A stretch of 64,000 bases of DNA from Octopus bimaculoides (lineage: Eukaryota). Below are positions 13,077-26,399 of the stretch, piece after piece. The position numbers and the translations under genes are program-made. The notes beneath the pieces are model-generated. The model saw only the letters and a program-made list of their open reading frames with translations, was not told the origin of the DNA and ran no database searches. Position 1 is the stretch's first letter. Every line of letters begins with the position of its first letter. Location: the NCBI RefSeq assembly GCF_001194135.2, contig NC_068985.1, forward strand, positions 107,605,948 to 107,669,947, written 5' to 3'.

Positions 13077-14706
13077 AAATATATATATATAAAATATATA
13101 TAAAATGAAATAACTATAACAACAAACTGTAGTCCACTGCTACTTTATACAGGAAAAATACTAGTGATTAATTTTTTAGATGACTAATTAAACATTTTGG
13201 GGACTAAATAGCTTCATCTTTTCTGTAATTACTTTTTAAACATGGTTTAGACTTCAATTGTCATATGTTCAACATATGTGTGTATGTGTGTGTCCTCAGC
13301 TAAAATTGAACTAATAAACCTTCATTTCATGCAATATCTCCAGGTTTTCATTGCAGTACATCTATATATATATACATGATATCTGATGATAAACACAAAC
13401 TAAACTGCTCAAAATGTGTTTTACAAAAAGAGAGTAATGATGAGGTGAGTAGTTTTTAAACAATTTCTATTAGTAAAGTTATTCTAACTAAACTTAGAGT
13501 ATTATCTATTGGGGAAGTTTAAGAAGGCAATTCCATGGTGGTTGATGGATCCAGAGTTTATTGTATTCCTATCATTGGTGTTGCACTTTGTCCAAGGCCA
13601 AAAGATTTTAATTGCAGGTCCAATGTATCCAGATGAAAATAGGTAGAATGGATGGTATAGCTTTCAGCCTTCAGTGGAAAGGTTTTGAGACATTTTGGCA
13701 CTATTTGGAATCACTGATTTAATGCTGACTCAGTTGACATCAGACATTTTAAGGTTTCTTTCATTTTCTCTCTCTCTCTCTCTCTTTTTTTTTTATGTAC
13801 ACGTGTGTGTATGTGTGTGTGTTTGCATTCAGCTCTAAAACGGGTTGAATGGCCATTCATCTGTGCCAAATCGTCAGTATCTGAACATCCACACCCATTC
13901 GTCTCATTCCATCCGTGGAAACGCTCCTCAACAATTAATCAATGAGTGTTTCATTAGTTAGCAATGGTGAGTTCAAACCCTGACATGTGAAGGAAGGGGT
14001 ATGAACCCTAAATAAGTAGTGTCAGAAACGATCATCTTGAGGGACTCAAACATTTAAAATCTGTATACACACAACTGACTTACAGTATATAGTGCAGGCT
14101 AAACAAAAATGTATGTATTGCAGATCAAAATCAGATTCAAACGTGCAAGCAAGCGCTGATAACTTCTCACATAAGCTCATTAAAAACATAGAGTAAAATA
14201 TAGAGATGATACTTAGATTATAGCATAAATAAAATAAAACAATATAATAAATATTTGCTGCATTAGTAAGAAGTAAAAATTCAGTGCCAATTAAGTGAAA
14301 AACCTTAATCCTAGAATAGACATATAAAATATATAGATTAAATCTCCACCGTCACAACCACCAACATCATCATGATTATCATTAATACCATCAAACACAT
14401 TCTGATGATCAGTAACAAGTTAGTATCTTGTCAAGACACGTGAGAAAACATGGTTTGGCATGTGCACAGATTTGTCAGTAATAGCTATTGATTGACAAGC
14501 TTTCTCGCAAAAAAATGTAAACATTTACTTCATTACTATCAACTGTAACAGAAATTCTCACAAACAGAACTATGATAAGTAAATAAGATACCGAAAGTTA
14601 CGTATGAACTTTAAATATCATCACAATCGTTTAATGTTCACGTTCCATGTTGGCATGGGTATATATTAGTTGAGATTTAAATATATAAGTGACGTACATA
14701 TGGAAA

Positions 14707-14737
<31 letters not shown>

Positions 14738-15887
14738 AAGGTAGGAATCTGTAGGTAACTATCTGGTAGGAGATGAACATTCAAATGGTCAGCAGCAGAT
14801 TTTGGTCATATTCCAGTTGGGGTGAGTGAGTAAGAGCGTGTGTGCGATTGAGAGAAGAATAAGGATATTAGGATACTGCAGTTAATTCCTAGAACTGTTC
14901 CAACACATGTACATGTGTACACACCATACACATGCAATATATACTTAAATTTAAACAAATAAATACATTCATAAATTAGTATTTATATGAATAATATTTT
15001 TTATAAGGAAACCTTTGATATGAATAAAATGTTTGTATGCACATACAAACACACACACACACACACACACAATGCATCTAAAAGGAAAAGTCATTCATAG
15101 AAGGAAATCAACAACAAAAGAGACAGATAAACAAAGTTTTTAGTTAACATTTATAAGAGAACAAAGATAAAAATTAAGATTTCCTGACTATCTTATCACC
15201 TTTTAAGCAATGTCCTATGTTTACCTATATCACATGTAAAGCAGAGTTCACTGACATATGAAAAGAACATAAGTAAAAATAAAGTAAACAAGTAGAAATG
15301 TTACCATTTTGAATTCATCATGAGAAATACATCGCATAACTGGTTTGTTTTCTGTAGACATTTTTGTAAGAAAAAGTTTAACCAAAACTTGGCTACTGTG
15401 TGTGATAGTGAGTGAGGTGACTGTCTAATAATATAGTAGTAGGTCGGATACAACTAAACATGAATGGGGTGGCTGGCTGAGATGAATAAGTAGGTGGAGC
15501 ATATATAGCCACTGAACCAACAGCTATGATTGACAATTTAGATATAAAACTAGCAGGGCACAGAAAACAGTCTGCTTTCAGCTGACATGTCAATTATGCG
15601 CTGTTATAAACTATAAGCACAACTTTCCTTACAAGTAAACCAACTACCAAACAATAGTGAATAGATCTGAAAGTAGCCAGGTGGTGGTGGTTGTAGTTGT
15701 AGTAGTGGTGGTGGTGCTGGTGTTATTTACTGAACTAGCCCTTGGTCATTATAGGATTTAACAGAAAAAAATATATATATTTGGTTTTTATTTTCATTTC
15801 TTATTAAGGAAATAAATCATATGAACGTGTAATATAATAAAAAATCAAAATGAATAAGACAGGTGTGCCAATAATATTTTAGTTTGA

Positions 15888-16101
15888 AAGGCAGTGAGCT
15901 GGCAAAAACGTTAGCACGCCGGGCAAAATGCTTAGTGGTATTTCGTTTGTTTTTACGTTCTGAGTTCAAATTCCTCTGAGGTCGACTTTGCCTTTCATCC
16001 TTTCAGAGTCGATAAATTAAGTACCAGTTGCATACTGGGGTTGATCTAATTGACTGGCCCTCTCACCCAAAATTTCAGGCCTTGTGCCTGGAGTAGAAAA
16101 G
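15888..16101 (+). mobile_element. tRNA-derived SINE, family E, full length with TSD
   Basis: 15-bp direct repeat aatattttagtttga at 15873-15887 and 16102-16116; B-box-like gagttcaaattc. Confidence 0.92.
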
Positions 16102-16631
16102 AATATTTTAGTTTGATTAATAATGTGTTTCACAGGTATTCTAAGTATACCTTACAGGTTGTTTATAGTCAGTCAGCTCAAAGAAAAAATTTTTTTTTAG
16201 CCCAGTTGGGTCACTAAAGTGTGTTTATTTCTTTGAGTGAAATAAACTTTAAAATATTCCACTGAAATATCCCAAANNNNNNNNNNNNNNNNNNNNNNNN
16301 NNNNNNNNNNNNNNNNNNNNNNNNNNNNNNNNNNNNNNNNNNNNNNNNNNNNNNNNNNNNNNNNNNNNNNNNNNNNNNNNNNNNNNNNNNNNNNNNNNNN
16401 NNNNNNNNNNNNNNNNNNNNNNNNNNNNNNNNNNNNNNNNNNNNNNNNNNNNNNNNNNNNNNNNNNNNNNNNNNNNNNNNNNNNNNNNNNNNNNNNNNNN
16501 NNNNNNNNNNNNNNNNNNNNNNNNNNNNNNNNNNNNNNNNNNNNNNNNNNNNNNNNNNNNNNNNNNNNNNNNNNNNNNNNNNNNNNNNNNNNNNNNNNNN
16601 NNNNNNNNNNNNNNNNNNNNNNNNNNNNNNN

Positions 16632-16990
16632 GTGATGGCACCTGTGCCCAGCATTGCCTTCCTGGCACTTGTGCCAGTGGCACGTGTAAACACATTCGAG
16701 CAAGATCGTTGCCAGTGCCGCTGGACTGGTTCCTGTGCAGGTGGCACGTAAAATACACCATTTTGAGTGCGGCCGTTGCCAGTACCGCCTGACTGGCCTT
16801 CGTGCCGGTGGCACGTAAAAGCACCCACTACACTCTCGGAGTGGTTGGCGTTAGGAAGGGCATCCAGCTGTAGAAACTCTGCCAAATCAGATTGGAGGCT
16901 GGTGTAGCCACCTGGTTCACCAGTCCTCAGTCAAATCATCCAACCCATGCTAGAATGGAAAGCGGACATTAAACGATGATGATGATGATG
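16632..16990 (+). mobile_element. SINE family C (internal gtgcc.gtggcacgtaaaa repeats, (GAT)n tail)
   Basis: Nearly colinear with 59765-60112; the 5' part lies in an assembly gap. Confidence 0.9.
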
Positions 16991-17459
16991 AAACAGTTTC
17001 CTTCTCATACATATTGAGAAATATACACATACATAAAGAGAGAAAAAGAACAAGAGAAACATTAGAATGTCTGACGTCAAATAACTCAGCATTGAATCAC
17101 CGATGCCAAATAGATGGTGTCAAAAAGTCTTGTACCTTTCCTACATAGGTAGCAGATGCCCAGGTGAAGTAAACAGGGCCACATGTTAGCCTTACCACCT
17201 TAAATGACCAGCCAATTTTAATGATTTAAAAACATGTTTAATCTATATATTCAAATAGTCAGGCCCACATGAAAATTATTAAATTGTAACATTTACTTAC
17301 ATAAGATTTACATAAAAAAAGAGAATTAAAAGTGCAAAACAAGTGAAATAACAGTGCATTATTTTGCCTCAGCTTAATGAAATGGACCATATAACAGGAG
17401 ATTAGGTTTGGTTTTAGTTTGAATGGATAAAAGTCAATAATTTAGAAGGTGACCTGTAG

Positions 17460-17547
17460 AGGACAGAACAATGATTATTTCGATTCTAGGACAGAATAAT
17501 GCTTATTTCGATTCTAGGACAGAATAATGATTATTTGGATTCTAGGA
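17460..17547. repeat. 28-bp tandem repeat, about 3.1 units
   Basis: aggacagaa(c/t)aatg(a/c)ttattt(c/g)gattct x3. Confidence 0.95.
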
Positions 17548-18373
17548 TAAATTTGTATGAAGTAACATTGGGTAGGCTAATTCAGCTTTTGTCTTGATGC
17601 AAGTTGAAGATGCAGTATCCCCATAAAAGGAGGGGGCGGGTCAATGAATGACATAAGTTATCATAGTGATTCAAATAGTATATATATTAGATAGTGTTGT
17701 GAACTATAATTGATTGATAGCAGGAAGAGTTGAGGATAGTTGAATATAAAATAGCTGCGTCCCAACTCAAATACATAACCTCGTAGTAATAAAAAGCACA
17801 AGTGGCAAGTTCATCGCATAAATAAAAATAATGCAGGCTATTTATATAAATTGTTCTTCAGTTTATGGTTATGCTAGCCATATGATGAATAGTGACCTTT
17901 CAAAGATATTTATTTCCCTTCAGAACTTGAAGGAAGAGACAAGGAATGAGGCTATTAAAAATGCTCTGGACTGAAGGTTACTTAGCCTGATAAACACATT
18001 GGCAGACCTAATTAAAGATCAAAGTATCCTAAAATAGTTGATACTCCATGTACCAATAGTTGATACCTTCAGACAAACTAAATATTTTGTGTTAACTTTT
18101 ATAATTTTTCTTAGGACATTGATAACAAACAAATGACATGCATGTCATAGTTGACACACTGATGAAGTTAAAAAATATCTCCCTGTAATTATGTCAAAAA
18201 GCTAATCTAGAAGTGTGGCACTCCTATAACAGTATGATAAACCCTTTTCATAGAAACCTACCTGAAATCACCCTTGGTTTGATAACATAAATTTTCTGTT
18301 TTCAAGTGATTAAATTAAAACCTATCAAAAGTTCACGTTCCAAAAACCAACTTAATAACAACAAATTTATATA

Positions 18374-18534
18374 GGCACAGGAGTGGCTGTGTGGTAAGTA
18401 GCTTGCTTACCAACCACATGGTTCCGGGTTCAGTCCCACTGCGTGGCACCTTGAGCAAGTGTCTTCTACTATAGCCTTGGGCCGACCAAAGCTTTGTGAG
18501 TAGTTTTGGTAGATGGAAACTGAAAGAAGCCTGT

Positions 18535-18583
<49 letters not shown>

Positions 18584-18792
18584 ATATGTTTGTGTGTCTG
18601 TGTTTGTCCCCCCCAACATCGCTTGACAACCGATGCTGGTGTGTTTACGTCCCCATAACTTAGCGGTTCGGCAAAAGAGACTGATAGAATAAGTACTAGG
18701 CTTCCAAAGAATAAGTCCTGGCGTCGATTCGCTCGAATAAAGGTGGTGCTTCAGCATGGCCGCAGTCAAATGACTGAAACAAGTAAAAGAGT
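18374..18792 (+). mobile_element. tRNA-derived SINE, family A, full length
   Basis: A-box-like tggctgtgtgg, B-box-like gggttcagtcc, caccttgagcaagtg segment, (TA)n(TG)n spacer, aagtaaaagag tail. Confidence 0.95.
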
Positions 18793-19584
18793 ACTAAATT
18801 CTACAGTATTTTTAAACCTAACTGGAAAAAAAAAAAAAAAAAAGCAATGCATTTTAGTACAAATTTGGTTATGAAAGAGTTAAAGAAATTAAAATTCCAA
18901 CATGCTGGTCTGGTCAAAAAAGGTTTACCAACACTGTTCCAGACCTTCTTACTATGAGAAACTGAAAGATCTCATTTTCTGACTTAACTGTAGACACTAT
19001 AAATTATAGAGTTACTTTCAGTATGGAGCACAAGTACCATTTTTATCTCTATTATATAGAAAGACATTTTGTTAGATTTGGCTGCCAAAAAGACAAATTG
19101 GAAATGAGGGAACGATTAGAGGTTGTGTGTACTTTTCCCAAATTACATTGACAGATATCATCTATATAGTTCAGCAACACAAATTCTCTGTTGAAGATTG
19201 TCTAAGAGTCAATATTTCTTTAGAAAGCTAAACAAAGTGTTTCTTGATCTATTGCTTATTCTTTAACTTCAGATGGTGTACAACATAGAGCATCCTAGTA
19301 TACTGCATTGCAGTATGGTACAGCAGCTGTGCTATGCCTGACATTATTACTATTTCACTTCTTACTCATAGTTGACAGTGCAAGGCTGCACCATCATGTA
19401 CAACACATACACTAGTCACTGCAGATACAAGATGTTTACCTTACTGTCACCTGGGTGCTGTTGTTATTACAGTGTTGTTATATCATGTTTTCAGGCCTTC
19501 TTAATCAAGATCATGAAAACTTCCTTTCCAAAGACAATCACACAGTTGAATAATACTGATGTTAGTGGACATGATGTATTCACC

Positions 19585-19988
19585 CACACAATTTAACACC
19601 TATTTTTTCATGCTTGCATAAGTCAAACAGAATTTTCTCAGGCAGATTTTCTACGAATGGAGATCCTTCCTACTACCAACCTCGACCTGTTTTCAAGCAA
19701 CATTCCTTTTTCCCAAGGCGGGACATGTTTACATGGAGGATTGAAAATGAAAAGCATCACTTGTATGACAGTGACCTTCATTTGATAACTATTGCATGAT
19801 GTCAAAACAAGGACACACACACATGCAACAGGTTACTTTCAGATACTGACTACAAATCCACTAGAAAAGCTTTGGTTGGCCCAAGGGCTATAAAACAAGA
19901 CACCTGTCCAAAATACCATGTAATGGGACTGAACTCGAAACCAAGTGGTTGGGAAGTAAACTTCTTCACTCTGCAGCTATCCGGCATG
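19585..19988 (-). mobile_element. tRNA-derived SINE, family B, decayed
   Basis: Reverse complement of the family head (gggactgaactc, gaccaaagc) and 3' half. Confidence 0.8.
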
Positions 19989-20507
19989 CAAATATACATG
20001 TGTATGTTTGTGAACAAATGTTTATAGTTATACATAGTTATTATATATATTTGGCTCCCTTAGCTTCATCGTACTTGGATGAAAGTGCAATAATATTTAG
20101 GGTTTTTCAATTTTTTTAGATATATTTTTTTAATGATATTTAATGATATTTTTAGGAAAATGCAAAATACATTAACATGAAATGCATTAAAGAACATTAA
20201 ATCGGTATTCTGATGTCAGATACACTTAAAGAAACAAAAAGTTAAAATGATCTGAAATGGTAAAAACAAAGCTCTGTAGAGTTCATAAATGAAAGCAGTC
20301 ATCTTTGAACTTTGTAGTAAAAATATATTTAAATATATTTAAGCTGCTGACATCACTGTTTTAAAATAATTTACTTTTCATCATACTTTATGACCATGAA
20401 ATGTGAAGTGTTGAATATGATTATATCACATGTAAGAAAATATAATTGAAAAATCTTGGAAATAATTTGGTATTAATTGTTAAAGAGATCTCTTACATGG
20501 ATTAGAC

Positions 20508-20953
20508 CAGTGTTTCTCAACCTTTTTACTCTTGTGTAACCCTTAAAATAAATTACGTGTCTCAAGGTACCTCTGCACAAAAAAAAAATTATATACCATA
20601 TCCTTCTCATTTTTTCATCGTAGTTCATATGGTGAATATGATTNNNNNNNNNNNNNNNNNNNNNNNNNNNNNNNNNNNNNNNNNNNNNNNNNNNNNNNNN
20701 NNNNNNNNNNNNNTATAGGGTGTCCATAAATTACAGACATCATTAAATATATCCCAAATGGTTGTTATATTTTTTTGATAACATAATAGGTTAGATAGGA
20801 CGTCTATATTACAATAACCAGAATATGTTATGCATGTATAGTAATATTACGATCATGAAATTAGCATTAGCTTATCTCACTCTTTCTCGCAAAATCCATA
20901 GGAACCTTTTGCAGAACCCTAGGGTTCCGGAGAATCCCGGTTGAGAGATGCTG
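20508..20953. mobile_element. hAT-superfamily non-autonomous element
   Basis: TIR cagtgtttctcaacc / ggttgagagatgctg; perfect 8-bp TSD gattagac (20500-20507, 20954-20961). Confidence 0.92.
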
Positions 20954-22228
20954 GATTAGACATTTACTATATATGATGAAACTCAAGAGCTTATAAATAT
21001 TTCTTAAGTTTCATCAAATACTGACTTGAAACAATATTAGCAGGTGCTGTTTGGTTAAGATATCACTGCAATCATTTGATCTAATGTACACCAGGTGAGA
21101 ATTTAGACAGATTTACAGACAAATTCAACTGTCTCAGGGCCAACTGAAACCATATGCTAGCTTCACTCGAGTGTTTTTAATTAAGACTGATGTTTATGAT
21201 ATTATTCATAATAACCTTGGTTTATTTGGAGTATTACTAAGTCCCTTCTACTTTCACATGAGTTTATAAACACCAAATGCACCAAACTTTCAGATCCACA
21301 AATGTTCACAGTAATGTGCATTGGACACTATACACATTTAAGTATTCTGATGTATCAGAGAGGTCATTGCTGAAAATATAAGTGCCACCCATATTTTTTT
21401 TGTTTAACTTAGCAATGCCTCATAGAGTATATGTAGACTCCAGACATAACATGTGTGAACTCCAGGAATTTAGTCAATGATAGAATATGTAGCTTCCAGA
21501 CATTCAACCAATAGATTACACAGAACATATATGCCCTCCAACTAAAATAATCATATCCATGAAACTACATTCCCACTCCTTCACTATATTCTGAAATAAA
21601 TCCATGATGTCAATATTTTCAGAGACAGCTAAATAAATATTCCATCAGTATGAATCTAGAAATTTCCATGTGATACTAATTATATATAATGAATATTTAA
21701 AATTTATCATCCATACAGGTAGACACAAACACACAAAGTAAATACAAGGCTATCAAAGTATTAGATTGCTAGCTCACAGGTTACGAGTTCAAATCTATAT
21801 CAGGTATTTATGATGTTTGGATAGAACATTTGATTCTATAAGTTTCAGTTCACCCTTCTGTGGGAAAACTAGCAGAATAACTTTCACATGTAATCTAACT
21901 TGTGTTAAAGTAGGGGTCAATTTACATCCAAGAAGAATTCATCTTACATGCTTAAAGTTCAAGAAATTACAGTGTAGCACCAACCCTATGGACTTAGTTG
22001 TTGATGACAAGGTTAACTTTCATCCAGAGACATACAGATAAGCAGTGTCAAAAGTATAGAGAAAATCTAAATGAAGGAATAATGTAACAAAACTATGATT
22101 CAAGATATAAGAATTTCAGACATAGAATAAGATGCCAGCTGGCTTGACAATAAGGATTTATTTTCGTTATATGGTTTCTGACCAAAATCATTCTAAAATT
22201 GTTCTTCTTCTATGCACATGTATGTTTG

Positions 22229-22268
<40 letters not shown>

Positions 22269-23859
22269 GTGTGTACATATATAACCATAAATGGCGTCAA
22301 TAGAAGATTAGTTTTTGAACTAGATAATTAAGATGACCTTCACATCAAGTGAAAGGTTAGGGCAGGAAAAACCAATACTAGTTTTCTTGAAGCTAGACAT
22401 TGGAGGGGGGGAAAAATGAAAAACAAAATTATAAAAATACATAAACTTGTTTACATGTTCAAAGCCACCAATTAAACTGTTATTCACAATTTGATATAAT
22501 CAAAGCATTCTTCACAACCAGACAATTTAAAGGAGAAGCCTCTGCAATAATAACAGCAACTTAAATCCTTACTGGCTATTTTCCATGATGTTTTTCCCAG
22601 GTTTAGCATACAAGTTTTAGTGAAGTGGGGGGTATTTTAACCTCAAAAGAACACCAAAGCTCATGATTTTATGCTACATGAGTCCACAGCAAAATCTCAA
22701 TGTGAAAATGTGGCTTGCTAGAAATGACAGCCAAATCATCTTTAAATCACACAATACTATTTTAAATACAATATTAGACAATGCAGTCCTACATACTTCT
22801 AAAAAGACAAGATGTTTATGAGTGGAATGTCATGATCATAGATCTGCTCAATCAAGAGAGCCCTGGGGTTACACAACAACAACAAATTAAAAGGAGTAAT
22901 GAAAATACACCTTGTTTATTTACAAAATGAAGCCAAAGTAAAATTTGATCAAAAGACAATTCAACCTATTTGTTATGATATTTCAATTGAAATACACTGG
23001 CTTTGTTTGAATTAAGTTTTAAAATAACTCGTTATTAAACTAGATTTTAGAACATAAATTGACATAAATTTTGATAGATTTTAATTTAGATCATTTTAAA
23101 ACAGAAAATTTTGTATCATAGAACCAGGGACAGTCTGTAGCTTAGTTATCAAAAGGATTTCATATTTTATCTTCTACTTTCAGTCATTATACTGCAGCCA
23201 TGCTTAGATACTGCATTGCATAGTTTCAATCAAACAAATCGACCCCAGTACTTATTGTTTTATAGGGATATAAATAAACCAACACCAGTTATCAGGTGGT
23301 GATGACAAATACACATATATGCCAGGCTTCTACACAGTTTCTGTCTATCAAATTCACTCACAAGATTTCGGTTGATCGGGGCACTTGCCCAAGGTGCTGC
23401 ACAGTGGGACTGAACCTACAACCATGCAGTTGCAAAGAACGCTTCTCAACCACACAGTCAAAACTGCACCTACAAAACAAACATTCCATAAACAACTCAA
23501 ATTCCTATACATTTTCAAAAAGTTCTGCTGTAATGACTACAAATGACTAAACTATTTTATAATGGCTAATTGTCTACCTTAAAATGAACACCTACAATGT
23601 GAGTGATACAATAATGCAGTAACGATCACCAAATTATCTTTTACCTATTTCAGTCATTAAACTGTGGTCATACTGGGGCACCACCTAGAAAGTAACACGT
23701 TCCTGTGCCAGGAATTGAATTTGGGTCACCTGGGCGATCATTTTGACATGTTTTCAAGGAAGACTGAAAATGAATGACAGACCTTGTATGATAGTGACAC
23801 TCTTTAACAATTAAATGTGATATCAACACCAAGAGATACAAATGCATGCACACACACAC

Positions 23860-24012
23860 AAACAGGTTTCTTTCAGTTTTTATCTACCAAATCTATCCAC
23901 AAGGTTTTGGACAGCCCTTGGCTATACAAGACACTTCACCCAGGGTGCCATGCAATGGGACTGAACTTGAAACCATGTGGTTAGGAAGAAAACAACTACA
24001 CAGTACACCTAC
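23860..24012 (-). mobile_element. SINE head (family A/B type), fragment
   Basis: tttctttcagtttttatctaccaaatc...gggactgaacttgaaaccatgtggtt. A similar fragment lies at about 23310-23465. Confidence 0.8.
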
Positions 24013-24648
24013 ACCCATCAATATTTTACTTGATGTAGGATAACAATGCACATAGAAGGCATAGTTCAGAGTTCACATTGGTCTAGGAGTTTATGAAATA
24101 TGGATTTCTAACATTGGGCAAGACCTCAGACTTGGTGAGGTGAAGAAGATATAGTTGTTTAAATATCACCCTCAATAAGATGTAAGGTAAAGTTGATTTT
24201 GATTAGATTTGAACTCAGAATATAAACATCAAAAAACATTTTGACCAATGCTCTAACAACTCAATGCTATTTCAGTTGAGGACAATCCTGGTAGAAATAC
24301 ATGTAACCTTGTTTATCACTGATTCATTTATCACTGATCTGGGATAACATGGTATGCTTGATAGTGAACCATGTTACATTTAAAATGGATTGATCTATGA
24401 TAACACGAGTCAGTGAGGAGTTGATTCTGTTCATACCACAAAAATGCCTTAGTAACAATTGCTTGTTTACATGACTGCTGCATATTTCTATAAGGATCTA
24501 CTCAGACCCACCAACGTAGAATCAGTGAATAGAAAAAAATATGAAGGCATCTAATCCTGACAAATGATGCAAATGAATATATTCTCTACAGGAAGGATAG
24601 AAAAATAATAGATTTATAAGCCTTAAAATTCACCCCATAATTGCCCAC

Positions 24649-24730
24649 GGGCATATGGCGTAGTGGTTAAGAGCGCGGGCTACTAACCCCAAGGTTCCGA
24701 GTTCGATTCACGGTAGCGACCTGATTAATA

Positions 24731-24761
<31 letters not shown>

Positions 24762-24952
24762 AATAATAATAATAGTAACATCGATAGGAATGAGAACTCA
24801 GGTTCGAAATTTCCCCAAGACACCTGACGAAGGCTGGAGGGTATATCAGCCGAAACGTTGTGTTAACAACAAACAAGATGAGGACGAATATCCGTCAAAT
24901 GTAAATAATGTAAATAATGTAAATAATTCCTCATCTCTTAAATATAGAACTG
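24649..24952 (+). mobile_element. tRNA-headed SINE-like element (family F) carrying a minimal type I hammerhead ribozyme
   Basis: A-box tggcgtagtgg (24656-24666), B-box gagttcgattc (24699-24709), (AAT)n spacer, hammerhead 24819-24864, 3' 9-bp inverted repeat enclosing (aatgtaaat)x3. Confidence 0.85.
24819..24864 (+). ncRNA. Minimal type I hammerhead ribozyme motif (Penelope-type, palindromic stem III)
   Basis: Stem I gacac/gtgtt; core CTGACGA (24824-24830) plus one extra A; stem II ggctg/cagcc; GAAA (24852-24855); CG palindrome; GUU site with predicted cleavage after 24859. Activity is untested. Confidence 0.78.
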
Positions 24953-26399
24953 TATGATTTATATTGTTACTCAATGAGTTTTATCACAAATTCCACCCTT
25001 TACTGTAGTGTTAACTGTTGACATTGATCTACACCTATCTATGCAATCATCAACCACACCTGAAACAAATGAGAAGAAATTAAATTACTTTTGTAATATC
25101 TAATTTAAAGCGTTATAATTTTTAGGTCAAATCAGGCTGGAACTGACTGCCTTATCACAACAAAAGTTATGTAATAAATAGCAGAATATGTAAGCATCAA
25201 TTTAGATATACACCTTGACTTCTTACTAAAGTTTCTGCATATAAGAAAGAAAGCCAGTACTGAACACTAAGTGTGCACTCATGTGCTGGGGGTAAATTTT
25301 TCATCAGCTCTAAAGGTCTTTTAAAGGCTGGTATTTAACTCCCGTTTTGTGCCCTGAATCACTAGCAACAGAACATTATAATCACAGTTAACAGAGATGA
25401 TCTGATATCTATTCTTGACAGCTCGAAGACTTAAAATAATGTAGAACAGAGTGTCCTACCCAGAAACATAACAAAACATGAGCAGCAAATCTGTTATCGA
25501 TGAGCTGGTAGACCAACACTTGTATCTCCCCAGCAGCTTCAGTTCTATTACACATCTCAGTTTCATGTGTATGTTTCAGATATCTTGTACAATATTTATA
25601 CAGAAAATATAAGCAGGTTGCCTGGTTTAACACAAGTTCTCCAGCTTGTAAATCACTACACCTATAGGAGATGATAAGTGAAAATAGACACTAACTATGC
25701 ATTGAGCAACAGAAACATTCGTGTTAATCTCTTAGCACTGTCACATTGACCGCAAAGGAAAAATTACTAGAACAAGATATAGATTAGTTTCACCAAACAT
25801 CTTATGAAGGTAAATGAAGTATCTGTTGACATATATTAAAAGTCACGACATAATAATCTGACATAATCTTAGTTTACAGCAATATCAGCTATGGTATCAA
25901 TGATTCTACATCCATTTCCTCATGCTAAGTCTACAGTCTGTCCCTCAATATATATATATATATATAGATAGATATTTCTTCCCCCTCAGATCATCTCTAA
26001 AACAATAATCTTTTACATCAGATATAAGTACTACTAAGTCTTTCTTGTTTGAGCCATGTCAACATAGTATTAGTCCATTGGCTGTAGTGTGTCACCAGCA
26101 TAATATTCTTCTCTGGTACTAACCGAATCTTGCTTGTTCATCTAACAGTTATATACCATTATGTAGTGGAGGATGACTACTGACCAGTATATTATTGACT
26201 TATAATGCTAAACTCAATCCTTCTCAAAGCTAGTGTAGAAAAAAAAAAAAGACCTTACCTGGAAGTTGTAATTTCGCAAACCCATTAGTGTAACTATATG
26301 GATTAAAATTAATGATAATGTTTTTCTGACTGTTGATTTCATGTTAAGATTTTATTGTAAAACAATGTTTAATTTGATTTACCAGATACATGAAGAAAA

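Noticed and set aside
16632-16830. CRISPR-like or regulatory array of gtgcc.gtggcacgtaaaa units
   Set aside because: The units and spacers are the same at 59765-59950; this is the internal structure of SINE family C in a eukaryotic genome.
16197-16885. Long ORFs spanning N-runs (also 28576-29220, 30561-30808, 42228-42617, 44416-44733)
   Set aside because: Open only because of assembly gaps and microsatellites or SINE sequence.
17918-17970. Plus-strand candidate exons (also about 14755-14822 and 30076-30125)
   Set aside because: Isolated splice signals with no consistent chain; expected by chance in 64 kb of AT-rich DNA.
24876-24900. Second hammerhead in family F (gatgag-gacg...cgtc-aaa)
   Set aside because: It lacks the CU of the core, the G of GAAA and a stem I; recorded only as part of a 9-bp inverted repeat.
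25409-25668. Open minus-strand frame after a strong acceptor
   Set aside because: Out of phase with the upstream candidate exons and no recognisable homology; left unannotated.
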